A stretch of DNA of 64,000 nucleotides from Eledone cirrhosa (GCA_964016885.1 OZ024743.1:258540001-258604000); one strand, 5' to 3'. Counted from the stretch's first letter, positions 25,832 through 39,825 are shown. The notes: generated from the letters alone by a model not told the origin. Made by a program: numbers and translations.

Positions 25832-27605
25832 CCACATGATCTCTTCTCTTGTTTACTTATATGATCCCATCACAGCCTCCACACTCATATAGATTGTCTC
25901 ATATTCACTTAAAGTGTAAATGCCAGAGGCTTGTGGTAAGTTTCCAATGAGACGATTGTGTCACATGTTCAATATTTTTATTGAAGCATTTCTTTTCACA
26001 TATTCTTTCTACTTGGCATTTACCACAGCACCCCTTGTTATTTTCTTATCTGACTAGAAATACCTGCCATATCTCTCTAAAGGCACATCATACTGTTAGA
26101 TTTTCAGGTAGGTTTCATCTAGAGAAACTAATGAGGATTTGAAACAGCAATTACAGCTATGGAGTAGAGAGGTTTCTTTTGGCCTACTGAGAACTCAACA
26201 ACCTCTCTTGTGTTGGTGTCAATAAAATACTCTTAGTACCTCTTGTAAAATGGTTGACATCTGAATGGAAACAGTGCAGGGTACAGAAGACTTTGTTCTT
26301 TTTGAGCACTTAACAACCTCTCTACTGTTAATGTCATGATAAAATGTACCCAGTACACTTTGTTAATTGGTTGGCAATTGAACTGAAGCAATATGAATTA
26401 CAGAGAATGCTTCAATTTGTTGAGTACATAACAAAGATTCTGTTGTTGGTGCTTCTATAAAATATATCTAGTACACTGTGTAAAATGGATTGTGATTGAA
26501 CAGTGACAATATAGGGCATAGAGGGTTCATCAACCCTGCTGAGTACATGAAAAACACTTTAGTACTGGTGCATTCTGTAAGGTGTTTGGTGTTAGGAAGG
26601 GCATCCAGACAAACAAAAATGCCAAAATATAAATCATATGAACAACTGTGGATCTCAAACCACATCTAGTGTTGGACCATAATAAATCATCCAACCTATA
26701 TTAGAATGGAAAAGCAGATGTAAAATAATCACATCGTTAATGGGATGGGGGAATGATAATGAAACAGCTTATGTTTCCATTGACTAATTGTGAGTGTATT
26801 GGATAATATCAGAGAATATAATAAGTAAAAGTCTTGGTTCTAATGGAACAATTTGCAAAGAAAAGGTTTTAGTTGAATAGTGTTGGTACATTTTTAGTTA
26901 ATGAGATAATATAGCTTATATAACGTATGTAATTAGAACCTCTAATATAGGGTTAATTTGTTAACCCTATTGTTATTCATCATGAAAGACAATTTAGATT
27001 TACCCATTAATCTTATATAAATTTCAGAAATACTGACTTTTGTTTCCTTAATCACAGCTTGTCCAATGAGAAACATTTAGAATAGTTTAAGAAAACATCA
27101 TTAAGCATTTATTTTGAAATTAGTAATTTTAAAATAGAATTATAAGTGTTTCCCCCTTTTACAGGACCTGACATGCAATTCAGTGATAATGTATATATTT
27201 TGTTGATATTTTGGCAGAGGTGAACCACTCAATAACCTCTGAAAAACTTGCAGAAAACTCTCATAACAACTATGATTAATAATTTCAAGATGTGATTTTG
27301 TTTATTAGTTCAATGTGTTGGTAACTTAATATAAATTCTGCATTTGAGTTGTACTCTTCTAGAATTATATTTCTTATTCGAATAACATCCCAGTATACAT
27401 CATGTGTGATATGTCTAATAGACAGTATTATGCAAAAAATCAATTGTTTTATAAAGTGTTGAGCAAATATGAATTTTGAAAGTATGTTAGCTTATTGTTA
27501 ACTTCTACTACACAAGCTTGACGATAAAAGATAGCCAAACAAGTTAGACATATAAATGTCTAGAAATGGAGAAAAGTGAACATTATTATTATTGTTATTA
27601 TTATT

Positions 27606-27845
27606 GAGGGTGGGAGGTAGTGGATTAGTGGAATTGTTAGAGCGGCATACAAAATATTTTGTAGCATTTAGTTATGGCCATCTACATTCTTAATACAAAT
27701 CCCACTGAAGTCGACTTTGTCTTTCATACTTCCAGATTTAATAAAATACCAGTAAAGAACTGAGGACAATGTGATCGATTTTTCTCCTCGATTTTCTGTG
27801 TATGCAAGGTCTCTGGCCTTGTGCCTTAATTAGAGATCATTATTA
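27606..27845 (+). mobile_element. tRNA-derived SINE (central domain actttgcctttcatcc..gtcgataaaataaagtaccag), decayed
   Basis: similar to 60511-60700; other decayed copies at 19625-19735(-), 28401-28605(+), 34372-34770(-, two copies), 52545-52690(+), 62000-62150(+). Confidence 0.75.
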
Positions 27846-28774
27846 TTGATGTTGTCGTTATTATTGTTGTCATCATAATCACCTTTTCCTCATTGTTTAA
27901 TCAAGCTAAATTAATGTCATGTCATATTTGTCCATTTTAAAGAAAACCTGTTTAAAGTTAGGAGAACAACATCCAATTGCAAATACAGTCATGTTCATGT
28001 TCTCATCTGCAAATATTCAAAATTTGCCAAAGCTATCCATATATAGTTAGAGCGAACAATGAATGCACTTCGTAGTACAAAGAATTCCTGACAAATCTTT
28101 ACCAATATTTTGGGAAAAATCTCTATTAATAGTCAAAACAAGATGTAAACAATATAGAGAATGCATTAAGTTCATATGGCTTTAAGGGACCATTTCTGCA
28201 ATATGCAGCAGATATTGTCAAATAAAGTAAATGAGACATATTTACTTCTATTTTTAATTAAGAATCATGAATAAGATGGATGATTTGTATTTTTTATTTT
28301 TTTATTTTTCAGTTTGAAATCACGCACACACACACACACACACACAGAAGCATGTAATCTTCCAAATTGTTATATAATTTCATTATAAACAAGTTAGTCA
28401 GGGCAGTAGATTAGCAGATTCCTTAGAGTATCAGAGAAAATGTTTTGCAGCATTTAGTTATGGCCCCTTATATTCTGAGTTCAAATCTTGCTGGGGTCAA
28501 TTTTCATGACTGTGTGGTCGATAGAATAAAGCATCGGTTATGTATGGAGTCGATATAATTGACTCCCTTCCTCAGAATTACTGGCCTGAACCAAAATTAG
28601 AAACTTAGAAACCAGTTCAGAGAAGTTGACTGATAATCGGAAATCATGTTTGTGTTTGTTCTGTTCCACAGTGGAGTTTCCTGTATGTTTGTGTACTGCC
28701 CTGTTTTACTCATGATTCCTTCCTGTTTGGGATTCAATCTATTTTCCACTCATTTCATTGTTTAATTTATGTCC

Positions 28775-29020
28775 ACTTTGTAAAGTGTTTGGTGTTAGGA
28801 AGGGCATCGAACCATAGAAACCATGTTCCCAGTACACCCTGTGAAATGGTTGGTGTTAGGAAGGGCATCCAACCATAGAAACCATGTTCCCAGTACACCC
28901 TGTGAAATGGTTGGTGTTAAGAAGGGCATCTAGCCATAGAAATCATGCTCCAAGTACACCCTGTGAAATGGTTGGTGTTAAGAAGGGCATCTAGCCATAG
29001 AAATCATGCTCCAAGTACAC
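28775..29020 (+). repeat. 61-bp tandem repeat x4 of the RTE/SINE tail motif
   Basis: agtacac recurs at 28831, 28892, 28953 and 29014; unit contains tggttggtgttaggaagggcatc. Confidence 0.9.
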
Positions 29021-29029
29021 ATTGCGGTC

Positions 29030-29753
29030 AATCATATGCGTTATTAGTGTATCACAGAGTATTGTAGTGGGAGAGGTGTATATTTATTGTTATGTTTTCA
29101 TGGATGAAGAGTACTACTCCTTGTTTCTGTATTCTGTGGTCAGTTCTGTGTAGTACATAACCTGACATGTACTTTCACATCTAATATGTGTGGATTTAAG
29201 TGTGCTTCACTTAGTGTCACATATATTGTCTTTTCTGTGTATGCAAGGTCTCTGGGATATGATATTTTGTTTGATTTGTGAAGTGTGAGAGACCTTGTAC
29301 ATTCAGCATTATTATTGAGTTTGGTTTGTTAATTAATGAGAGGAATGAAAGGTGTTTGTGACTGGTGTAATAGCAGAGGTTGATGGCGCAAGATAGCTAG
29401 ATTTCTTTTTTTTCTTTTGCCATATTCGATATGGCTTTAAAAGAATTCTTGTTGGGGGAGAGGTTGGTGTCTGGAGTTATTGTTGTGGCACTGTTAGACA
29501 TTGTTATGTCTATAGATATGTTTGTATTTGTTGGTTTTATTTTTGTACCCAGTGGTGACTCTTCAGGGCAAGTCCAGACCAGCACTGCGACTGCAATGGA
29601 TGTTTTTACTGTGGATTTGATACTGGCTTGGAATCATGTTTTTAACAGTGTGTTGATTCCTTGGAAGATGAGTGAAGGTACAATCAGGCGTACAATGAGG
29701 GAGAGGGGGAGGATTGGTTCTTCACTAACTGGTGTGATAGAAGTCATAACAGC

Positions 29754-29794
<41 letters not shown>

Positions 29795-29900
29795 AAGAAA
29801 ATGATGAAAATGATGGTGGTGGGTCTTTTGTGGGACCTGTGAATGTGAGGTGTGTGAATAGCTGGGATAGGAAGAAAAGCTGGTGATTGTGCCATGTCAT
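29030..29900 (-). pseudogene. Possible highly decayed LINE 5' coding region (Thr-rich stretch plus APE-like remnant)
   Basis: MLNVQGL... and SGYVLHRTD-like motifs with many stops; (GTA)n at 29753-29793. Confidence 0.35.
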
Positions 29901-30090
29901 TTAATAATTGTTTCTACTTTTTGGCACAAGGCCAGCAATTACCCAGTGCATTACTGGTACTTTATTTTATCGACCCCGTAAGAATGAAAGGCAAAGTTAA
30001 CCTCGGCGGGATTTGAACTCAGACCATAAAGGGCCGTAACTCTATGCGTCAAAGCATGGCGTCCGACCCTCTACCGATACTGCCAATCCA
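29901..30090 (-). mobile_element. tRNA-derived SINE, well preserved
   Basis: rc TGGCAGTATCGGTAG (A-box), GAGTTCAAATCCC (B-box), central domain, tail agaaacaattattaa. Confidence 0.88.
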
Positions 30091-30284
30091 GTTGTGCTAG
30101 TATTGAGAGATGGTTGTGGCTGAGGTTTTTGTTATTGCTATGTCTGTTGTTACTACTGCCACTGTTATTGTGGTGGTGGTTATTGCTGTAGTTTTGTGGT
30201 GGTGGTTATTGCTGTAGTTGATGCTGTTGTGGAGGTTGATGTGAAGTTAAAGAAAATCCATGGTGAAGTATAGATACATACATT

Positions 30285-30323
<39 letters not shown>

Positions 30324-30372
30324 AAGTGTGAAGGGTGCGTGCATGCATTATAGAATCTTGAGTTGATCAATT

Positions 30373-30543
30373 GCGTCGGTTGAAGCAAGCAGAATTTTGG
30401 CTGCTTACTAAATCGTAGACACATAAAAAGATAACACACACACAAACACACGACAGCGTCAGTTGAAGCAAGCAGAATTTTGGCTGCTTGCTAAACCGTA
30501 GACACATAAAAAGATAACACACACACACACACACAAACACACA
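30373..30543. repeat. 83-bp tandem duplication
   Basis: gcgtc(g/a)gttgaagcaagcagaattttggctgctt...acacac occurs twice. Confidence 0.85.
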
Positions 30544-30706
30544 CTAGATAACACTACATGCAGCTTTGACCTGGAGGGTCATTTAGAGGGAATTGGGGGG
30601 GGGGGTAAGGCTGCACAGCCCCACTTTCCGCCATGGCGATTGGACTGCATGCCCTGCTTTCCAGGTTACCCTTCGCCACTGATATATATATATATTTATA
30701 TATATA

Positions 30707-31972
30707 CAGGGTGCGGACGATATTTGTTCGCAAGATTACTGTCTAAGAAAAAATAACACAGTAGTTTTATTTTTTAAGATATATTTATCAAACTTAGGTC
30801 AGTTTGTCTTCATGACTTGTTCTTTCGATCTCACTCGATAAACCCGCCATTGGCTTTGATGATGGCCTCAAGGCGGCTACAAGCCTTCGTCACTGTCCCC
30901 CGACTTAGGCCCCTAAAGGCACTTGTGATTCTGGCCTTCAGATCGTCTTTCGTATTGCAGCTAGATCTGTTGGTGTCTCGTTCCACTGTGCCCCACACAA
31001 AGAAGTTGAGGGGGTTGCAGTCAGGTGAGCTAGGCCAGATGTCAGGTGAAGTGTGGTCGACGAGGTTCTCTGACAGCCAGGATTGGGTCTTTCGGCTGGT
31101 ATGGCAGGGCGATGAGTCTTGCTGCCACACGTACGGCCTACCTGGTCGATCCAGGGCTTTACTACCTCGCTCAGAATGCGGATGTAGCCATCGGTGTTCA
31201 GCTTGAAGCCCTCAGGGAAGAAGTGAGGTGGCATAATGTCACCTTGACTGCTGACGACACCTAAGACTAATGTTGTCGCTGGAAACTTTGTCTGCATGAC
31301 TCTGGGCACGTCTTTGGATGAGACAGGGAGCCACCTGTTGTTTTGGGAGATCTTCTGGTCTTGGCAGAAGTTTTTCTCATCGGAGAAAAACCACAGCATG
31401 TCTGGCTCCAGTGGGTGTTTCAACTTGTTGATCAGCTTCTTTTTGTGCTTCAGTTGCATCGCCTTTGACAGAAATTGTCCTTTCCTCATCTTGTATGAAA
31501 CGTAACGAATATCTTCATGTACCACCAGCCTAATTAGCTTTTCATCCACGCCTTTCTCCCTTGCAATGGCATGCATCGACTTGCTAGGTTCATTGTTGAT
31601 GATATCCTGAACTTCAGTGACAAACTCGGGCGTTCTGAAGGCATCAGATCATCGATCATGTGTTTTCCTCTCTGATGTTGCTTCGTAGTTGAATCCTGAA
31701 TCTTCCAATTCCTTTCTGACCTTTTCCACCATTCTCCTGCTGACGCTGAGAAAGTCTGAAATTTCATTATTTGTCCTCCTGGCGTGGATTCCAAGAAGAA
31801 CTCTGAGTCTCTTCCACAAATTTGGAGGTTCAAAATTATTGATAAAAATTATTCTGAAAATAAATAATGGAAATATAGTCGCTGTTTTTATGAAGACAAG
31901 AGTGACAACAGAAGTAAAAAAAATTTGCATAAAATTAGCAGTTGAAAATTGCGAACAAATATCGTCCACATC

Positions 31973-31975
<3 letters not shown>
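30707..31975 (-). mobile_element. Tc1/mariner DD37D (maT) transposon, near full length, frameshifted
   Basis: TIRs CAGGGTGCGGACGATATTTGTTCGCAA, TA flanks; WFFSDEKNF, WQQDSSPCH, SPDCNPL. Confidence 0.93.
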
Positions 31976-32051
<76 letters not shown>

Positions 32052-32054
<3 letters not shown>

Positions 32055-32095
32055 GGTGTGAACGATATTTGTTCGCAATTTTCAACTGCTAATTT
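32052..32095 (+). mobile_element. Isolated 44-bp left end of the same maT element
   Basis: cagggtgtgaacgatatttgttcgcaattttcaactgctaattt is the rc of 31932-31975, across a (TA)n tract. Confidence 0.85.
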
Positions 32096-32170
32096 ATATA
32101 TATATATATATATATAAACAAGATGGTGTAAAACAGAACAAAGGATAGACACAAAGAAACAACAAAAGTA

Positions 32171-32213
32171 GTCACTGAGGAGGTCACAAAATGTTTGACA
32201 AAAGAACTTTGAC
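32171..32213 (+). ncRNA. Degenerate hammerhead motif, same family as 19186-19228
   Basis: gtca-CTGAGGA-ggtcacaaaatgtttgac-AAAA-gaac-TT-tgac. Confidence 0.45.
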
Positions 32214-33149
32214 AATTAACAACTAAACTAACCGACTGAGAAATTATAATACTAAATTGAGGTGCATGTGCTTCCAGCATGACCCTCGCAGAGTATATAT
32301 ATACACACACATATGTTTATAAATACATATATATATTTGTGCGTGTGTAAAAAGTAAACAGAAATAACAAAGCAAACACAGTACATTAAAGAAATATATT
32401 AGTTTAATGCTTGAAAAATAGATAGGTTGAGAATTAACAAGACATGTAGGTTTTTGTAACAGTAATCATTTTCGGTGTCAGTAAGCTATTTAAGTGTCTT
32501 TTCTAATAATCATTATGTTAGTTTACACAACTATGTATGTAAAATTCTCTTGTCATTCCAATGTATTTAGTAACACTTTGATAAGTGGATGCTGTTTTTT
32601 TCCATGTCAGATTTGCTGTAGAAAAAGCAATTATAAAGAAATATAACATGCTTTTTTTTATATATTTTCTTTGTATCTCCACTCCCTCTGTAAATACAAA
32701 GGACAAAAACATTTCTGTATTCGTGTTTTTCTTTTCTTTCTAGAGAGTTCTAGTGCTAACAATACATCTATCAAAATTAAGGCATATGTAATTGTATATA
32801 TATATATGTATGTGTGAAGGTATGTATCTCAACTAAACAAACTCTAGGAAATATGTAATTGAAGGATTTATATACACTCTCACTTACAGTAGTATCCTGA
32901 AATTTGTATATTATTAGTGCTTATGTTGGCAGTTAATTAAGATGTATATTATGGTGTGCATTAAGCAGCCAGAGTATATGATGAATTTATCTCTAGTTGA
33001 CTTATTTATCCTTGTCAGTGGTTTCATAAATGTTAACGCATCTAACTCCTTCAGATATTTTAAAATATGTAATGGAAAAGGGAGATCCTACTATAAAACA
33101 TGATATAAAGGGCCTCCAAGCAATATGAATAGTCAAACATTACTGTTAC

Positions 33150-33610
33150 CATCAACGTAACTAAAGTTTATTTCTTAGGCATCCCTCTAGATCTCACAAC
33201 AAACAAATACAACCCCTGTAGGAAACATAATGAGGAAATTATGTATGAACTCCACCCCAAAACCTTCCCAGATATAGTTAAAAACCTTGTACACAAAATT
33301 AGTAAAGGAATCTCAATTTTATTGTCTAATTGAAGCATCTTTAACAAAGCTACACCAAGTAGTGGCTTCAAATAAATGTTAGCATACATGTAAGATCCCT
33401 GATCCACTCCAATGAGGGTTAGGGAGAGAAACATAATTTTGTTTAATCTTCCATTCAATCTAGATGCGTCCACAAATATAGCTAGTAAATTCCTGTCTTT
33501 TATTAGACAATACTTCCTAAACAAACGCAAGTACTATAAGCTCTTTAACTTCCATATTATTACGGATAACTGCTCCTGCCTAAATAGTAACACTTCCAAG
33601 CATCACATGC
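33150..33610 (+). mobile_element. Decayed Penelope-like RT thumb/linker fragment
   Basis: RNIILFNLPFNLDASTNIASKFLSFIRQYF..KYYKLFN resembles the PLE IIWFNPPF..TNIG..FL motif. Confidence 0.75.
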
Positions 33611-35337
33611 TACAAAAGAAGAAAAGATGCAACAACACAGAAAGGGTATGAAAGGGTTAAAAATTCTTACATAAAATTATAATAGGTTTTGAGATAAATA
33701 TACACACTTTGAATAAACAGCTTTATATATAGGACCAGGGATGGTTTCAGATGGTTGGTATTAAAAAAAAGTTAAAGATTCATGGGTTTAATCGAAAATA
33801 TAGAGGTATAAAGGCATCTTTTTGAGAAAATAGATTTAGCATTTTTTTTAAGTGGCTAGGAAATAATTCTTTTTCACCACATTCTCATGTGAGGATTAAT
33901 GATCTCATTCTTTCCATAACCAAATGAAGGCACTTCACTCATATTTTTAATATGTGGTTGCATGCTGCTGACATAATTTGACAAGCTGTCTACATACATC
34001 TTATCAGATTCATTGATAGGGAACAATAATATTCTTTTTAACTTTAACCCTCCCTTACCATATTTCTAATGAAAGATACTGCATATAATTTTCAAATAGC
34101 TTTGATGATAATTGAGAAATATGAGGGATTTAGTAAAATATGGTGTTTTGATCATCATAAAGATTCTTACATGGAAATATGATGGAGGGTTTTTGGATAA
34201 ATATAAAAACTTTACCCTTTTGTGACCATATTTCTGACAAGGAACTATTGTGTCAGTGTGACAATTATCCAAGTGATCAATAATTATTAGAGGGTTAGTG
34301 AAATATCTGACTTTCAACTTAATACTAAGAGACAATTTTTTAATTACTGCAATTTAATATTATCTAGCATGTAATGATTCTTTCTAACATTGACACAAGG
34401 TCAGCAATTTGGGGGAGGGGAAAGTCGCTTATATTGACCCCAGTACTTAACTGTTATTTTAATTTATCGACCCCAGAAGGAGGAAAGGTAAATTTGAACT
34501 CAAAATATAGAAATTTGTAACTAAATAGCACAAAGCATTTTGTCTGACACCCTATCAGCATTACCAATCTACCCACCCTTAATAAATATTAGTTTCTAAT
34601 TTTGGCGTATGGCCAGCAATGAAATGGAGGAAAAGTCGATTATAATGACCCCAGTACTTGAGTAGTACTTTATTTTCTCAACCTATTTATGACCTTGGCA
34701 GGATTTGAACTTAGATTGTAAAGAGCCAAAACAAATACTGCTAAACATCTGTCCAATGCTCTAATGACTAGGCCTGTTCACTAGGCCTGTACAATATTGT
34801 AGCATGTTCACAATTTTACAGAACCACTGACACCAAACTTTCACCTTACTAATGATTCCTAGCTTAGGCACAAGACCAGCAAGTTTGGGAGAAGAGAATC
34901 AATTAAATCAACCCCAAAATTTGGCTGGTATACTATTTCATCACAGTGACTGGGGCAGAGAGCATGACAGCTCTGGGTAGCCAAATCTTTCCTCCCACAC
35001 TCACCCTCACAGAGCAGAGAGGGCCCTTTAGTGGGACAATAACCAACAACATCTCTAGTACAGGTGCAATTAAAATGCATCCAGTACACACTGTAAAATG
35101 TTTGGTGAAAAGAAGGGCATCCAAACAAAAGGTTGGGAGGACCTATCAGTTGTGTCAATGATATGAAAATCTCATTAATGATGGTTTCATAATAAAACAC
35201 ACACAGTAAGATGCATGCACATATGGAAGTGGTATTTGGAGCCCCAGCCTGTCTGGGAGTCAGTAACCCAGGGAAGACCAATCTAACCTATGATAGCAGA
35301 GAAGGTGGACATCAACTTATGATGGTGATGATTATAT

Positions 35338-36562
35338 ATGAAGAAATTCCAAACTTGGAAGCAGGGACTAGAGAGAAAGGGTCTCAGGGTCAACCTGACA
35401 AAGACTATGGTCCTTGTAAGTAGACGAGAAAACAGAACCCAGATTCCCTCAGGGAAATGGCATTGCTCAGTATATAGGAAAGGTGTAGGTAGGAACTCCA
35501 TTCTCTGCCCCAAATGCAAACAATGGGTACACAAGAGATGTAGCGGGATCTCAGGAAGCTTAACTAAGAATGTAGGCTTCACATGTAGCAGCTGTGCTGG
35601 GATAGCAAGCAGCAAACAGCCACAGGAAACAAGTACCACCAAACTCTGGGAGGGCTCTGTAGAAACAGTAGACAACTTCTGCTACCTAGGTGACCGAATA
35701 AGCAGCGGAGGTGGGTGTTCAGAAAGTACAATAACTACGGTAAGAATGGGATGGAAGAAGTTCAAGGAGCTACTGCCACTGCTAGCTGCAAAAGGCTTTT
35801 TCCTCAAAATGAAAGGCAGACTGCATGATGCGTGTATATGAACAGCAATTTTACATGGTAGTGAGGCCTAGGCGCTGTCTGTGGAAGACTTGTGTAGATT
35901 TGAAAGAAATGAAGCTTGCATGCTCTGATGGATGTGTAATAGTAATATACGCGAACGGCAAAGCATAAATGAATTGAGAGAGAGACTCAGCATAAGAGGA
36001 ATCAAGTGCTGTGTGCAGGAGAGGCGGTTGCATTGGTATGGACATGTGATGCGTATGAAGGATGACAGCTGCATAAAAAGGTGCAGAGCACTAGAAGTCG
36101 ATGGAAACCGCGGAGTGGGGAGACCGAAGAAGACCTGGGATGAGGTGATAAAAGCCGACCTCACCCAATTACACCTCTCAAAGGCGATGACACATGACTG
36201 TGACCTCTGGTGTCACACAGTAATACAGAAGACCCGACCCCCCACGGGTACAAGCTGAAGCTGAAGCATATAGACAATATGCCCCCACACCTTCCCACTG
36301 CAAAGTGGTCATGGAGGTGCCATGGCAAAAAAGAACGCAGCCCACACTGTAAAGTGGACGTGTAGGCGCCACGGAAAAAAAGCACCCAGCACTCACTGTA
36401 AATGAGGTTGGTGTTAGGAAGGGCATCCAGCTGTAGAAATCAAGCCAGAATCAGTTTCCGTATCAGCAAGACAAGGTCAGCTGACCAGACACTTCCCACA
36501 ACAAGACAACCCATCTAACCCATGCTAGCGTGGAAGAATGGACATAAAACGGTGATGATGAT
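35338..36562 (+). mobile_element. RTE LINE 3' fragment with 3' UTR
   Basis: ORFs 35338..35841 and 35932..36258 are homologous to 8284..9438; gatgatgat tail. Confidence 0.92.
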
Positions 36563-36777
36563 ATAGTGAAGTGAACTTCATAAAAAATGTTATATCCAAA
36601 ATTGGTAGAACACTCAGTCTGGGTAATTAGGTTAAATTAACAATTACATCTGCCAAATATGTTTCATTGTGGAATCATTTCTGCTGCTCATCAGTCCGAC
36701 ATATATAAAATGTATGTTGACATTTCAGAAAAATTCAAATGATGTGAATTTTAACCAATTTTGTGTATATATATATA

Positions 36778-38063
36778 CAGGGTGTGGACAATATTTGTTC
36801 GCAATTTTCAACTGCTAATTTTATGCAAATTTTTTGTACTTCCGTTGTCACTCTTGTCTTCATAAAAACAGTGACTATTTCCATTATTTATTTTCAGAAT
36901 AATTGATTATGAATAATTTTGAACCTCCAAATTTGTGGAAGAGACACAGAGTTCTTCTTGGAATCCGCACCGGGAGGACAAATAAGGAAATTTCAGATTC
37001 TCAGCATCAGCAGGAGGATGGTGGAAAAGGTCAGAAGGGAATTGGAAGATTCAGGATTCGACTACGAAGCAACATCAGAGAAGAAAACACATGATTGACG
37101 ATCTAATGCCTTCAGAACACCCGAGTTCGTCGCTGAAGTTCAGGATATCATCAACAATGAACCTAGCAAGTCGATGCGTGCCATTGCAAGGGAGAATGGC
37201 GTGGATGAAAAGCTCATTAGGCTGGTGGTACATGAAGACATTCGCTACATTTCATACAAGATGAGGAAAGGGCAATTTCTGTCAAAGGCAATGCAAGAAA
37301 AGCAACTGAAGCACGCAATGAAGCTGATCAACAAGTTGAAACACCCACTGGAGCCAGACATGCTGTGGTTTTTCTCCGACAAGAAAAACTTCTGCCAAGA
37401 CCAGAAGATCAACTCCCAGAACAACAGGTGGCTTGCTGTCTCATCCAAAGACGTGCCCAGAGTCATGCAGACAAAGTTTCCAGCGACAACATTAGTCTTA
37501 GGTGTCGTCAGCAGTCAAGGTGACATTATGCCACCTCACTTCTTCCCTGAGGGCCTCAAGCTGAACACCGATGCCTACATCCGCATTCTGAGCGAGGTAG
37601 TAAAGCCCTGGATCGACCATGTAGCTGCAGGTAGGCCGTACGTGTGGCAGCAAGACTCATCGCCCTGCCATACCAGCCGAAAGGCCCAAGCCTGGCTGTC
37701 AGAGAACCTCGTCGACCACACTTCACCTGACATGTGGCCTCCCAGCTCGCCTGACTGCAACCCGCTCGATTTCTTTGTGTGGGGTGCAGTGGAACGAGAC
37801 ACCAACAGATCTAGCTGCAATACGAAAGACGATCTGAAGGCCAGAATCACAAGTGCCTTTAGGGGCCTAAGTCGTGGTCAGTGACAAAGGCCTGTAGCCG
37901 GTTCCAAGGCCCCCTTGAGGCCGTCATCAAAGCCAATGAGATCGAAAGAACAAGTGATGAAGACAAACTGACCCAAGTTTGATAAATAAATCTTAAAAAA
38001 TAAAACTACTGTGTTATTTTTTCCTAGACTGTAACCTTGCGAACAAATATTGTCCGCACCCTG
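36778..38063 (+). mobile_element. Tc1/mariner DD37D (maT) transposon, second copy
   Basis: TIRs and TA flanks; ORF 37174..37884 has 37 residues between QQD and NPLD. Confidence 0.94.
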
Positions 38064-38139
38064 TATATATAATTTTTTCGTAATGAAAAAATATTTTTCT
38101 TTGATAGCAAGGCTCTCATATGTTTATTGTATATAAACA

Positions 38140-38830
38140 TATAGGATATGCTTTCATATACACCCCTCTTCCCAGTCCTTCTGCAGACATGTCTGGAAAT
38201 TTGCCAATACTGCCTTCAGCTCCTGTATTGATTAAAATGTAATCCCCTTAACATTGTCTTTCTTGTGTTGAGACAGGAAGAAGTCATAAAAAGCCAAGCT
38301 AAGGCTGTAAGGTGGGTGTTGTTCCACTTTCATTTCTCTGTTGATCATCCAAGTGGTCATTAGCATTGACTTGTGGCATTGTCTTGATTAAACCAATACT
38401 TTCCACTGCTCCACTGCTGTGTCCTATTTTTTCTCATCCGCTTCCTGAACCATTTTCAAAACTTAAAGGTAATATGCCTTATTGATGGTTTGCCTCTCAG
38501 AAACCCATTCAACATGAATTAACTCCTGGGAGTCAAAGAAAGAAATTACTATGGGCTTCTCTTGTGACCTGCTCTTCTTTACTTTCTTGGGCCTGAGTGA
38601 GGACATGTGCTTCCACTGGGCACTTTGGTGTTTGTCCTTAGGGTCATAATTGACTACCCAACTCTTGTTGTAAGTCATTACTTGATTCGGAAAACCAGAA
38701 TCAACCTCTTTCATATGGAGAATCTTGGTGTAACATTTCTTACAAAGCTGCCTCTGGTTGTTAGAGAGGATCTTTTGCATGGCACAGATTTTGTGTAGAT
38801 CCAGATCTTTGGTCAGAATTTTATCCTGTC
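38140..38830 (-). mobile_element. Decayed mariner transposase
   Basis: SWVVNYDP..QSAQW...SFFD and HPPYS..LA.YDFFL. Confidence 0.8.
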
Positions 38831-38989
38831 AAACAAGTGTTATATTGTTCTTAATCAGGAAAGCTTAGATTCTATAGGCAGAATGAGTGAGTGCATTCTT
38901 GTGGAGAAGTTGACAATTTTCGCTGCCCACATATCTGACCGCTTTCAATGCACAGCATCACAACGGTGACCTATAACCTCTAGGTAGTA

Positions 38990-39825
38990 TTTTTTTGTTA
39001 TTGTTTGGCCTTGCGGTATGTATAATGCACAATACCATGAGAGTCAAATAAACAGGTCAACATTTCCTTCACATTGCTGTGAACCTGTTGTGCTTTTTTT
39101 AATCTTGGTGATGACAGATGCTTCCATTGGGAGGACTTGAACTTGGTTTCTGGTTCGTAACCATAAACCCATTTGTCATCACCAGTGATGATGGTCTTCA
39201 TGAAGTTTGGGTCATGGCTTGTACAGTCGAGCATGTCCTGAGTGATTTCCTTGCAGTGTTACTCATGCTTCTCTGCTAGCATCTTGGGAACTAATTTTAC
39301 CAACACTTTCCACTGCACAATTCCTCCATTAAAATGTGCTTATTCCCACTTCATAAACAATTTTTTGGATTGTTACACGATTCTCTTTCATGACTATTTG
39401 CCAAAGCTTCTTAATTAGCTCTTCGTTTTGGTTTGTGGATGGCCTGCTTGAGCATGTTTCACTCTCCACTGAGGTGTAGCCATGTTTGAAGCCGTTGTAC
39501 CACTCATTGATCTGTGTTTTGCCCAAAGGTCTGCCAAGTCTTCTGGATAGTTTTAGCTTGAGTGTCACCAAGCTTTTGGCAAAGCTTGATAAAATATTTC
39601 TGCTTGATATATTCGGTCAGCTTGCGTGAAAATGAAAATCCAATGAACACACACTATATGTTGGTCCACTAGGCATAACAGCTGGGGACTGATGCAGATT
39701 ACCAGTGTAAAAATCTTCACACATGTGCAGAAAGAGTGTCATCATCTTCCACCCAAATTATTTTTCCCAGCGGCATTAGTTTTGAGGAGAAAAAAATATA
39801 GTTGGATACTTTCTGAACACATCTC
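38990..39825 (-). mobile_element. Decayed mariner element, 5' half
   Basis: IITGDDKWVYGYEPETK..SQWK..MLTCLFDSHGIVH; TIR-like rc gagatgtgttcagaaagtatccaac at ~39801-39825. Confidence 0.85.

Noticed and set aside
28775-29020. Regular 61-bp array as CRISPR
   Set aside because: Whole units repeat with no spacers; derived from a retroelement tail motif.
29431-29886. 151-aa plus-strand ORF with poly-Val
   Set aside because: Driven by (GTA)n and antisense to a probable decayed element; no recognisable domain.
29901-30090. tRNA genes at A/B-box sites
   Set aside because: The boxes belong to SINE heads followed by a SINE body and tail; no full cloverleaf.
36645-36700. rc CTGATGA..GAAA as a hammerhead
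   Set aside because: No convincing stem I or stem II pairing.
37174-37884. Intact, active transposase
   Set aside because: The N-terminus is frameshifted with a stop near 37096 and the C-terminus ends early.
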